From an uncultured Candidatus Bathyarchaeia archaeon (GTDB lineage: Archaea > Thermoproteota > Bathyarchaeia > Bathyarchaeales > DTEX01): a DNA stretch of 64,000 nt. A program made the translations under genes and the position numbers. Where the stretch lies: positions 10,824 to 74,823 of the forward strand of contig CAYXIF010000002.1 of the NCBI GenBank assembly GCA_964465575.1. The letters run 5' to 3'. The notes beneath the pieces were generated by a model that was not told the DNA's origin, made no database searches, and saw only the letters and a program-made list of their open reading frames with translations. Below, piece by piece: positions 35,786-44,291 of the stretch; within the stretch, counting starts at the first letter, position 1; each line of letters begins with the position of its first letter.

Positions 35786-36703
35786 CTAACTCGTGGCGAA
35801 CGCCCTTGCGGGATTCGTCACAAGGATCTTGCTGATCAGACTTTGGTCAAAGCCGCTTTTCAGCAGTAGTGGAACGAAGTGTCTAATCAGGTAGCTGTAG
35901 CCCCGAATGCTACCTCCCCGGGGTTCCCCGACGCGGTACCAACCAGCGTCCTGTGAAAGGAGAATCTGATCCCCAAAACTCTTTTCTACCATGAGCTTCA
36001 GAAACTTCACGGTTCTTTCAGCGGTTTCGGCTTTCAAGCCGTCGTATTCAACCCAAGCACCTTGACTTGCGATCTTGATGTGGAAGCTCGTGTCCGGCTC
36101 GGCATCACAATGGACGACAATCAGCCTGTCAGGGTCTAGCCGCTCCTCGCTAGTGACCTCAAGCAGGTGCATGGCGGCAATGCCGCTGGCAGTGTGGCAG
36201 GCGATGACCGCGCCTGTCGATTTGCTGCAACGAGCAGCAGCCCTCACAATCTTCTCTTGAACAGGGACTATCCGGTCGGGGTTGACAGCGATCTTTATGA
36301 AACCAGCTTTGACAGCCGTCCCGTCGATCCCCTTCTCAATCTCACGAATCCATTGATCCGCCAGTAGATCGGCTGAATAGTCGAAGGCATATTTTGGAAG
36401 ATAGGGTTCCTTGTAGAGCCCAGTATTGGTCAGGATGTGTATCTCAGTCGCCCTTGAAAGGTGGGCGAGGAGTTCAGCGTCTCTTCCCATAAAGGCAGGC
36501 GTGCACTCGACGAAACCCGAGGTCCCTAGCTCACGTATCTCGTTCAAGTATGGAAGCATGACATCAAAGACTTCCTTCGGATCGTAGCGGTCTTTGCTGC
36601 ACTTGTCAGCGCCAATGAAGTCGACCGATATATGCTCGTGAACCAAGGCTAAACCGAATGCTTGCGAGGGAATGTCGCCAAGAACAGTCCTAATCTCGCC
36701 CAT
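35786..36703 (-). CDS. Phosphotriesterase-family hydrolase (PTE-like lactonase candidate)
   Basis: Has LVHEHISVDF (HxH), GFIKIAV (the carboxylated-Lys position), IACHTASG, VVHCD and LSQDAG. This is the amidohydrolase/PTE metal-ligand order. Confidence 0.8.
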   Translation of the reverse strand: MGEIRTVLGDIPSQAFGLALVHEHISVDFIGADKCSKDRYDPKEVFDVMLPYLNEIRELGTSGFVECTPAFMGRDAELLAHLSRATEIHILTNTGLYKEPYLPKYAFDYSADLLADQWIREIEKGIDGTAVKAGFIKIAVNPDRIVPVQEKIVRAAARCSKSTGAVIACHTASGIAAMHLLEVTSEERLDPDRLIVVHCDAEPDTSFHIKIASQGAWVEYDGLKAETAERTVKFLKLMVEKSFGDQILLSQDAGWYRVGEPRGGSIRGYSYLIRHFVPLLLKSGFDQSLISKILVTNPARAFATS

Positions 36704-36925
36704 GCAAGAAGAAGGTGCCTATCCCCTTAAAACTTTAACTTGATGGACAAACCGAAATCTAGCTAGAGCCCTTGTACTGCAGCAAGTATAGTGTCTCTCC
36801 TCATTATTGGCAGCAGTGAAAAGCTAGGTGCCCACGTTAGGCCCAATATAGGAGTTGTACACTATCTGGATTTTCGCAGAAAGGAAGTTGCTGGTTGTTG
36901 ACTCTGTTGATTTGTTTTCATCTGA

Positions 36926-37915
36926 CTATGTGACCTTGTGCAAGGCAAGCTTTTCGAAGATTATCTCTTGCAGTTTCTTCTTGTCTTCTTCATCTATATC
37001 AACGAGTGGTAACCTCATATGTCCGCCATGAAGGCCAAGCATATCCATTGTGGCTTTGATGACGCCGTAGACCATGTACATGTCAACGTATGGGTACGGC
37101 AAAATTGAAGTCGTTGGCCCGTATTTTGTATTCATTTGCGCTACGAATTCCTCAAGCGGCCGCATCTTTTCCAAGAGATCCCTCAGCTTGGAATATTCAC
37201 CGCTGATTCCACTTTTCAGAAGGTCTACGCAGAACTCGGGAGCAAAGTTCGCGTAGCCAGACACGTATCCTTTCAAACCTAGAAATGCTGTTGCCGCAAA
37301 CCACCATTCGCCTCTACCTTGAATCACTGGTGTATGGTCACCAATTGCCTTTATCTGACTATAGAGTGTTGGTATGAAAGGCGTGTTCTCCTTCACTGCC
37401 ACAATCGTAGGTATTTCATTAACCATTTTCCTAAGGAGATGTGGCTTTATGTAGATCTTTGAGACATCCGCATTATTGTACACAACTATTCCTATCTCTA
37501 TGGATTCCGCTATCTCCTTATAGTGCATGTACAGTCCTCTCTCGCCAGGCACATGATAATAAGGTAGAATCACCATCACGCCGTCAGCTCCCACGTCTTC
37601 AGCGTACTTACTGTGTTCTATGGTCCATTTTGTACCTGCTCTATGCGTACCAGCTATAACCGGAACCTTACCATTCGCGACATCAACAACTGTTTCGATA
37701 ACCTTCTTTCTCTCCTCATCGTTCAGCGCATAGCTCTCACCAGTGCTACCTGTAGGCACGAGTACTAGTGGTCCCAGCTTTCTCTTTTCCACAAGAAAAG
37801 CCGTATTTTCCTTTAAACCTTCAACATCTAAATCCTCCTTATCTTTGAAGGGAGTTGTCTGAACAACAAGCATAGCGCCCCTCATGAGGTATTCGCGTAG
37901 TTTTTCAGGCTCCAC
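36926..37915 (-). CDS. DapA/NAL-family class I aldolase (dihydrodipicolinate synthase-like; KD(P)G-aldolase-like candidate)
   Basis: Has VPTGSTGESYALNDEERKKVIE (the GxTGE region), VVYNN, and VAVKENT (the Schiff-base Lys position). Confidence 0.75.
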   Translation of the reverse strand: MEPEKLREYLMRGAMLVVQTTPFKDKEDLDVEGLKENTAFLVEKRKLGPLVLVPTGSTGESYALNDEERKKVIETVVDVANGKVPVIAGTHRAGTKWTIEHSKYAEDVGADGVMVILPYYHVPGERGLYMHYKEIAESIEIGIVVYNNADVSKIYIKPHLLRKMVNEIPTIVAVKENTPFIPTLYSQIKAIGDHTPVIQGRGEWWFAATAFLGLKGYVSGYANFAPEFCVDLLKSGISGEYSKLRDLLEKMRPLEEFVAQMNTKYGPTTSILPYPYVDMYMVYGVIKATMDMLGLHGGHMRLPLVDIDEEDKKKLQEIIFEKLALHKVT

Positions 37916-38006
37916 TATTCTGCCCCCAGTCTTCTGATCTGATATTTGATTTGGGTTTTGTAGTATTTATCTACTCCATAATGATTGTTGCATTTGCCTT
38001 GGAAGA

Positions 38007-38124
38007 TGGCGGGCCCGGGGGGATTTGAACCCTCGACCTCAGGCTCACTCCGCCTTGGCTGGCTCCGAAGGCTTGCGCCGGGCTCTTTGCCCTTCTGCGC
38101 CCTATCCGGCTAGGCTACGGGCCC
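38007..38124 (-). tRNA. tRNA-Arg (anticodon UCG) with two BHB introns; CCA encoded
   Basis: The minus strand is 118 nt.
- acceptor stem GGGCCCG / CGGGCCC
- discriminator G, followed by an encoded CCA
- D arm GCCT-AGCCGGATA-GGGC
- T arm GAGGG-TTCAAAT-CCCCC, with one A:C mismatch

Removing intron 1 (38073..38094, 22 nt, after position 29) and intron 2 (38046..38064, 19 nt, canonical 37/38) gives the anticodon arm CAGGC-CTTCGGA-GCCTG. Both introns sit in 3-nt-bulge / 4-bp-helix / 3-nt-bulge motifs. Confidence 0.8.
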
Positions 38125-38228
38125 AATCATTACTTGGCACTTTCTTTTGAGCTACGTCAGGTTTCAAGACAAAGTAACGTGCGAGGATATAAATCATTGC
38201 AGTTGAATACTAGAAATACCCAAGTAGA

Positions 38229-38525
38229 CTAGCTCCAACGCACGGAATATCGAAACCTTGGATCATACACGGTGACACTAATTCCCCAAGAGCTTAGCTC
38301 AGTCCCAGAGCTGTCTCTTCCGTTATGAAGCATCTCTGCGGGAAGAAGTGGACCTAGCAGCACCTGTGCCTTAACTCTTTCATTTTCGATTTGCCATGTT
38401 GAGGGTCTTGGCTGCCAAGAAGAATATGACCCGTCAGGAACTTGGCCCTTCTTGAATAGTTTGTGGAGAGCTCTAAGCGATGGCTCCGCAACCTTAATAT
38501 CCTCACTGGTGAAGATAAGACTCAA
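38229..38525 (-). CDS. Hypothetical protein (98 aa), weakly supported
   Basis: ORF only; no motif recognised. Confidence 0.3.
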   Translation of the reverse strand: MSLIFTSEDIKVAEPSLRALHKLFKKGQVPDGSYSSWQPRPSTWQIENERVKAQVLLGPLLPAEMLHNGRDSSGTELSSWGISVTVYDPRFRYSVRWS

Positions 38526-38545
38526 CTTGGTGGAGACTGTTCTGT

Positions 38546-39478
38546 ATGAACGAACCCTGGAACGGGCTCATCAATATTGGGATTGTTCATCCAATGGTCT
38601 TCCCGGAGACAATGCGGGGAGAAGGACCCATCCTTGAAACTGTGACTAAAATAGCGGCTGATGAGTTCTTCGGAGCCATCGAAGTATCATGGATCAAGGA
38701 CCACGAAACAAGGAGTAAAGCAGCAAGCCTGCTGGAAAAGGCATTTATCGATGTGGTCTACTGCGGCGGACCACCAATTCTAGTGCAGAAGTTGGACATG
38801 AACTCGCTCGACGAGAACGCCAGATCAGCAGCCACTAAAGGCGTAAAACTGCTCGTAGATGAGGCCTACGCCCTGGGCGCAAGAATCGTAGCTGTCTTGA
38901 GCGGACCCGACGTCAGTCCTAGCAAACGTGAGAAGGCTAAGCGGCAACTGGTGAACTCATTGAAGGAAGTGTGTACGTATGCACAAGACAAGGGCAAGGA
39001 CTACACGCTGATGGTCTCCCTGGAATACTTCGACCAAGAATACGACAAGAGACTCCTTGTTGGGCCCGTGATCGACGCTGTGGGCGTTGTAGCGAAGGTA
39101 AAAGACAAGTGCGACAACATCGGGCTGACCGTTGACCTAAGCCATCTCCCTTTGCTGAACGAAACCCCGAAGCAAGCTCTTACAGCAGCCAAATCTTACC
39201 TTGAGCATGTCCACATCGGCAACTGCGTGAAGAGAGACAAGAACCACCCGCTCTACGGAGACCAACATCCCAGGTTCGGCATTCCGGGAGGGGAAAACTC
39301 TGTCGCAGAACTGGCGGAGTTCCTCAGCGTACTCAAAGACCTAGGCTACTTCAGCAAGAAGACTGCGACCAGGCTTCCTGTTGTCAGCTTTGAGGTGAAA
39401 CCTGCGCCGGGCGAGTCATCTGAAGTATTGATCGCAAACTCGAAGAGGGTCTTTGCCGAAGCTTGGTCTAAAGCTTAA
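38546..39478 (+). CDS. Xylose-isomerase-like TIM-barrel protein (sugar phosphate isomerase / epimerase / dehydratase superfamily)
   Basis: The length and the pattern ...VAVLSGPD...SLEYFD...TVDLSHLPLL...YLEHVHIGNC fit the AP-endonuclease-2/XylA-like TIM-barrel metal-ligand order (E, D, H, E). Confidence 0.55.
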   Translation: MNEPWNGLINIGIVHPMVFPETMRGEGPILETVTKIAADEFFGAIEVSWIKDHETRSKAASLLEKAFIDVVYCGGPPILVQKLDMNSLDENARSAATKGVKLLVDEAYALGARIVAVLSGPDVSPSKREKAKRQLVNSLKEVCTYAQDKGKDYTLMVSLEYFDQEYDKRLLVGPVIDAVGVVAKVKDKCDNIGLTVDLSHLPLLNETPKQALTAAKSYLEHVHIGNCVKRDKNHPLYGDQHPRFGIPGGENSVAELAEFLSVLKDLGYFSKKTATRLPVVSFEVKPAPGESSEVLIANSKRVFAEAWSKA

Positions 39479-39510
39479 GAGCAGAATTACTTCATGAAGA
39501 AGCACAAGTG

Positions 39511-40530
39511 ATGGTGAAGGACTTGAGCAAGTCAAAGAGAAAGAAGATCTACATCACTAGGGAACTGCCCGAAGATGCCATGAAGGTTCTCGAAGCAAGA
39601 TTCGATGTGGAAGTCTGGCGCGACGAGATGCCTCCTTCCAAAAGTGGTCTCGTGAAGAAAGTGAAGAAAGCAGATGGTCTGATATGCCTCCTAACCGAAC
39701 AGATCGACAAGGATGTCATAGAGGCTGGATCTAAGCTGCGCGGAATCAGCCAAGTAGCAGTTGGCTTCAACAACATCGACATTGCAGCAGCCACCGAGAA
39801 AGGCATTTATGTAACGAACACGCCCGGCGTCTTGACTGACACAACAGCCGACTTTGCTTTTGCCCTCATGATGGCGACCGCAAGGAGGGTTGCCGAAGCA
39901 GACAGATACGTCAGGGCTAGGAAATGGAAGGTTCCTTGGGGTCTCACGATGATGCTAGGTCAGGACGTCTGGGGCAAGACCCTAGGCATAATCGGCTTGG
40001 GCAGAATAGGCTCAGCTATGGCGCAAAGAGCCAGAGGTATGAACATGAGAATGATATACTATGACATCTACAGAAACGAACAGGCTGAGAAGGAGCTTGG
40101 CGTGAAGTTCGTCGACCTTGAGACGTTGCTGAAGGAGTCCGACTTCGTTAGTGTCCATGTCCCATTGCTGCCTGAAACTCGTCACCTCATCAACGAGAGG
40201 ACTCTGAAGCTGATGAAGAGAACGGCGTGCTTGGTCAACACGTCTCGTGGAGAAGTCGTGGACGAGAAGGCACTATACAAAGCCCTGACGGAAGGCTGGA
40301 TCTGGGGCGCAGGCCTAGATGTCTGGGAGAAAGAGCCAACAGACCAAGACAATCCTCTGCTCAAACTTGACAACGTGACCGTGGCACCTCACATCGCAAG
40401 CGCAAGCATTGCTACCCGAACCAAGATGGCAGTTATGGCAGCCGAGAACATGGTAGCCATACAAGAAGGAAAGGTCCCACCCAACCTCGTTAACAAGGAA
40501 GTCTTGGGGGTTAGGCCTCCAGCAAAGTAG
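39511..40530 (+). CDS. D-isomer-specific 2-hydroxyacid dehydrogenase (glyoxylate/hydroxypyruvate reductase-like)
   Basis: Has GIIGLGRIGSAMAQRA (NAD binding), VNTSRGEVVDE, and APHIASAS (catalytic His). Confidence 0.85.
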   Translation: MVKDLSKSKRKKIYITRELPEDAMKVLEARFDVEVWRDEMPPSKSGLVKKVKKADGLICLLTEQIDKDVIEAGSKLRGISQVAVGFNNIDIAAATEKGIYVTNTPGVLTDTTADFAFALMMATARRVAEADRYVRARKWKVPWGLTMMLGQDVWGKTLGIIGLGRIGSAMAQRARGMNMRMIYYDIYRNEQAEKELGVKFVDLETLLKESDFVSVHVPLLPETRHLINERTLKLMKRTACLVNTSRGEVVDEKALYKALTEGWIWGAGLDVWEKEPTDQDNPLLKLDNVTVAPHIASASIATRTKMAVMAAENMVAIQEGKVPPNLVNKEVLGVRPPAK

Positions 40531-40586
40531 AATCCACTTCTTTCTCGTTTCCTCTGGGCTCTTATGTTTCGCCTAGGTAGCCTTAG

Positions 40587-41621
40587 CTACTGAAGGAGAA
40601 CGATCCTGAGGACGCCCTCTTTCTTCTCATCTAGCAGTTCCAGTCCACGGTTCAGTTCTTCGAATGGCAGTCGGTGAGTTACTGACTTCGACAGGTCGAC
40701 CCTCTTGGTTGCTACAAGCTCTATTACCCTTCTAAGGTCATCCCTTGTATGATCCCCTGACTTTCTAAAGGCTCCTTCTCGCAGGGTCCTCATGCCAACG
40801 ATGCTTATCGGCTCGAACATCGCGGCTACGCTCACGACTCTGCCAGAAGCGTAGTTGGACTCGCATACACTCAAAATGGCGGCTTCCATTGTCTTTGCTG
40901 TTCCTGCAACCTCTAGCGCAACATCCACGCCTAGCCCCTTCGTCAGAGACTTTACCTCCTTGGTGGGGTCTGCTTTCGAGGCGTTCACGGCAAAATCTGC
41001 CCCGAACTCTTCCGCGAGCCGCAGCTTGAAGTCATCTATGTCGACGCCTATGATCTTGCCCGCGCCCAAAGCCCTTGCCCATGCAACGGCATGCATTCCA
41101 ACTCCGCCTAACCCGAAGACCGCGACTGTGTCCCCTGGCTGTAGACCGCCTATCTTGAGTGCGTGAAATGCCGTTGAGACTGCGCATCCGATGATGGCTC
41201 CTTGGTCGAAAGGTATTTGATCTGAGAGCTTGAATGCATTCCTTTCTGGAACCGAGATGTACTCAGCGAATCCCCCGTCCACATGATGCCCGATCGAAAC
41301 TCGCTTAATGCAGCGGTTGTCATTTCCTTGACTGCAGTGCACACAGTCTCCGCAGGAGATTACGTAGTGGACGCAGACTCTATCCCCCTCACTGATCGTT
41401 TGAGCTTCGTCTCCGCACTTCTCAATGACCCCTGAAATCTCATGCCCAAGTATTATGGGAATCTTGCCAGGCTGTGATCTGCCATGCCTGTAGTGAAGCT
41501 CGCTGCCGCATATTCCGCTAGCCTTGATCTTGACCAGCACGTCTTTGGCGCCGACGCGAGGTATTGGGGCCTCCTCTAGTCTCCATGGAGCTTTGGGCTC
41601 GTAGAAGCGAAACGCCTTCAA
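40587..41621 (-). CDS. Zinc-dependent medium-chain (MDR) alcohol/sugar dehydrogenase
   Basis: Has GICGSELH, GHEISGVIEKCG, the structural-Zn Cys cluster CGDCVHCSQGNDNRC, and GLGGVGMHAV. Confidence 0.85.
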   Translation of the reverse strand: MKAFRFYEPKAPWRLEEAPIPRVGAKDVLVKIKASGICGSELHYRHGRSQPGKIPIILGHEISGVIEKCGDEAQTISEGDRVCVHYVISCGDCVHCSQGNDNRCIKRVSIGHHVDGGFAEYISVPERNAFKLSDQIPFDQGAIIGCAVSTAFHALKIGGLQPGDTVAVFGLGGVGMHAVAWARALGAGKIIGVDIDDFKLRLAEEFGADFAVNASKADPTKEVKSLTKGLGVDVALEVAGTAKTMEAAILSVCESNYASGRVVSVAAMFEPISIVGMRTLREGAFRKSGDHTRDDLRRVIELVATKRVDLSKSVTHRLPFEELNRGLELLDEKKEGVLRIVLLQ

Positions 41622-41673
41622 GCCAACTTCACACCTTGCATATAAAAGTTCATACGTGAGGTTGTTCAGCCTT

Positions 41674-43548
41674 TCAGGGTTCCCGTCTGAAAGGCCTCAT
41701 CCTTTTGTCAACTTCGGTTAGTCCGACTCGCCTGAGTTCCTCTGACTTCGGAACCCCATTCTCATCCCAACCTATAGCTCCGTAGTATTCTTTTCGAGCT
41801 TCCTCGATCTTCTCGCGAGTCACAGCCATACCCTTGTAGGGGCCCTGACCCAATGGTTCGTACCATCTAGCTGGAATATCATCGTGCACGTTCGGAGTCC
41901 ATCTCACGTCGGGCCCCCCCAGAAGCATTAGGGCTCTCTGAAGGTGGATGATCCTTCGGCCCGTGAGGTCGAACCACTCATCCGCGCTTATCCTCAAACC
42001 GGTCACGGCCTCTAGGAACGCCCAGAGCAGATCCCGCGCCTCTTTCTCGAAGAAGTTGAACCAGCAGAAAACGCCTGAGTCATACAGGAGAGCTCTCAGC
42101 TCACTGTCCCCATGGTCGATCGGAAGACGAGCTACTGAAGTATGATCTCCTCCCTGAACCGAGCAAGTGTAAGATTCGTAGCCCGGATAGTCCTCCTTGC
42201 TCCTGATGCCATGAGCACCAACGCCTATCCCCTTCGCAACAACAGCGTAAGGCAACACATCGACACCCTTAAGCTTGCTGATCCTCAAAGCAGCTCTATA
42301 GGTGCCCTCAGCAAGGGTATCGCCGATTCCTTTCCGTTCAGCTATCATCCTAGTCAGCGCGCTGAATGCTTGCACATCTCCCCACTTGAGCTCCAGACCA
42401 CTGAGGTCGTCTTGGGTCAGGATGCCTCTCTGATAGAGCTCGCCCGCGAAGCCGAGAACGTTTCCAGTCTGGATCCCGCAGAGACCAAGATCGTCGATCA
42501 GCGCTGTAAGGTATATGTTCTCCTCAGGCTTGAACAACCCTAGGTTTGGACCCAAGTAGGCTTGGTTCTCGTAGTCCGGGTTGTCTGTTATGGCGCCCTT
42601 CAGAGGACCCGACTTGACAACAGCGACTTTGAGGCATGTTTTCGGGCAGCCGAAGTCACCCCAATACTTCTTGACCCAGTACCTCTCGAACGCGTCTGAG
42701 CCGTAGCTCTTCTCGTCGTGCCACTCTTCCTGCCAGTTCCTGACTGGCTCTGAACTCAGACGGGCGCCCACATCGTATCCCAGAAAACCTGTGCCCCAAC
42801 GTCTGAAGATGGTGCTTTTGAAATTGATCTCTAGGATTTTCTCGATGAGCTCCGAAACTCTTGCCAGATCAGCGACATCGGGCAGGGGACCAGTTCCCTT
42901 AACGACGACGGCTTTCAAGTTCTTGGAGCCCATGACCGCGCCGTATCCGCCATAGCCTGCGGCATGTGCCCATTTGGCTGCCACAACGGCAAGCCGTGAC
43001 TGGTTCTCACCTGCTGGCCCAATATAGACGGCTGAAGGTTCCTTCCAGAGTCCATGTCCAGGGTAGTGACTTTCGAGCTGTTCGAGCCCTTCCTTCACAA
43101 GGATTCGTGAGGTTTCCTTCGAGTCCTTCCCCCACAGATGGTATGCATCTTTTAGTTCAACATCTGAGTCCTTGATGAAGAGGTAGACCGGCTTCTCAGC
43201 CTTACCCTTGAATATAAGGCCGTCGTATCCGGCACATCTTAGTTCAACGCCGAACTCGCCACCGACTGTTGATCCGACAACACCGTTGCTCTGCGGAGAC
43301 TTGCCTGAAACACAGAGCCTTGCCCCTGGTACATATCCAGTCAGGGGACCGGTAAGTAGAAGCAAAAGGTTTTCAGGAGCTAGGGGGTCAACCTTCTCCC
43401 ATCTTTTTCCGAGCCTGTCCCAGAGGATCTTGGTTGACAGACCCCTTCCGCCAATGTAGTTACTCAAAGTCTGCTTGTTGAACTTGGTTTCCTTGATGTT
43501 CTCCGCGGAAAGGTCCACTTCAAGGAACTTGCCCGCATAGCCCTGCAT
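41674..43548 (-). CDS. Aldehyde:ferredoxin oxidoreductase (AOR) family, tungstopterin enzyme
   Basis: The N-terminus MQGYAGKFLEVDLS plus GGRGL is typical of AOR. The length is ~625 aa. ATG at 43548 was chosen because it abuts the stop of the upstream ferredoxin gene (TGA-G-ATG). The track ORF extends to 43590. Confidence 0.85.
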   Translation of the reverse strand: MQGYAGKFLEVDLSAENIKETKFNKQTLSNYIGGRGLSTKILWDRLGKRWEKVDPLAPENLLLLLTGPLTGYVPGARLCVSGKSPQSNGVVGSTVGGEFGVELRCAGYDGLIFKGKAEKPVYLFIKDSDVELKDAYHLWGKDSKETSRILVKEGLEQLESHYPGHGLWKEPSAVYIGPAGENQSRLAVVAAKWAHAAGYGGYGAVMGSKNLKAVVVKGTGPLPDVADLARVSELIEKILEINFKSTIFRRWGTGFLGYDVGARLSSEPVRNWQEEWHDEKSYGSDAFERYWVKKYWGDFGCPKTCLKVAVVKSGPLKGAITDNPDYENQAYLGPNLGLFKPEENIYLTALIDDLGLCGIQTGNVLGFAGELYQRGILTQDDLSGLELKWGDVQAFSALTRMIAERKGIGDTLAEGTYRAALRISKLKGVDVLPYAVVAKGIGVGAHGIRSKEDYPGYESYTCSVQGGDHTSVARLPIDHGDSELRALLYDSGVFCWFNFFEKEARDLLWAFLEAVTGLRISADEWFDLTGRRIIHLQRALMLLGGPDVRWTPNVHDDIPARWYEPLGQGPYKGMAVTREKIEEARKEYYGAIGWDENGVPKSEELRRVGLTEVDKRMRPFRREP

Positions 43549-43549
43549 C

Positions 43550-44077
43550 TCAGACCATCTCCTCCCATTCTTCGCCGTACAACTGGGCAATCAGAGCTCG
43601 AGTGACCTCTTTGGGTGGCTTAGAGTAAAGCCTGAAGGTGTGGCTGTCCTCCCTCTTGAGCGTCTGCAGGGCGTTCCATCCACCTTTCGTGCAGGCTTCG
43701 ACGCATTTGGGTTGCCCTTCGCAGAGGTCGCAGATCACAGCGTAGTCCTCAGCGGGGTGGATGAAAGGGACCTTTCCAGGGCAGGCATCTATGCAATTTC
43801 CGCATGCTGTGCATTTCTGCTTGTTGACCAGAACCGCTTCTGTCTCCTTGCTTATGGTTAGCGCGCCTGTGGGGCAGGCATCGACACAAGGGTAGTCATG
43901 ACATTGCGCGCACAGATGTGGGACCTCAACACCTGGAACGAGCATGAAAACCCTAACCCTCGAGGCTTCAGGCCAGATTTTGCCCTCGTGGCTTAGGGAA
44001 CAGACGATCTCGCACCTCCTGCAGCCACTACAATTCGGGTAGTCTCTGGCAATCCACTTGTGTTCGACTTCGCTCAT
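43550..44077 (-). CDS. 4Fe-4S cluster-binding ferredoxin-like protein (AOR partner candidate)
   Basis: Has four Cys clusters: CSGCRRCEIVC, CAQCHDYPCVDACP, CTACGNCIDACP and CDLCEGQPKCVEAC. Confidence 0.85.
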   Translation of the reverse strand: MSEVEHKWIARDYPNCSGCRRCEIVCSLSHEGKIWPEASRVRVFMLVPGVEVPHLCAQCHDYPCVDACPTGALTISKETEAVLVNKQKCTACGNCIDACPGKVPFIHPAEDYAVICDLCEGQPKCVEACTKGGWNALQTLKREDSHTFRLYSKPPKEVTRALIAQLYGEEWEEMV

Positions 44078-44291
44078 GCTTCTTCCTCATTAAGCTCTCA
44101 ACAAACCAGTCGATTGACTAATTGATTCGATAGAAGACGCTTATATCTCTTCCAACAAGGTGGCAATGATAGCACAGCTCAGTGTGGGAGCCCCAACTTG
44201 TGCCGGACTGCTGCAAGGCTGAAGAATCCGCTCCGTCAAGAAATTGTGCCTGTCCAGCAAGTCTTCTGGTAGGGTCGCAACTGCAGTGTTG

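Noticed and set aside
38007-38124. Alternative readings of the long tRNA: a class II (long variable arm) tRNA, or a single large intron.
   Set aside because: With only intron 1 removed, the anticodon stem has an A:A mismatch and the variable region would be ~24 nt with anticodon UCG, which is not a class II isotype. No single excision gives a paired anticodon stem. The two-intron solution gives two proper BHB motifs and a perfect stem.
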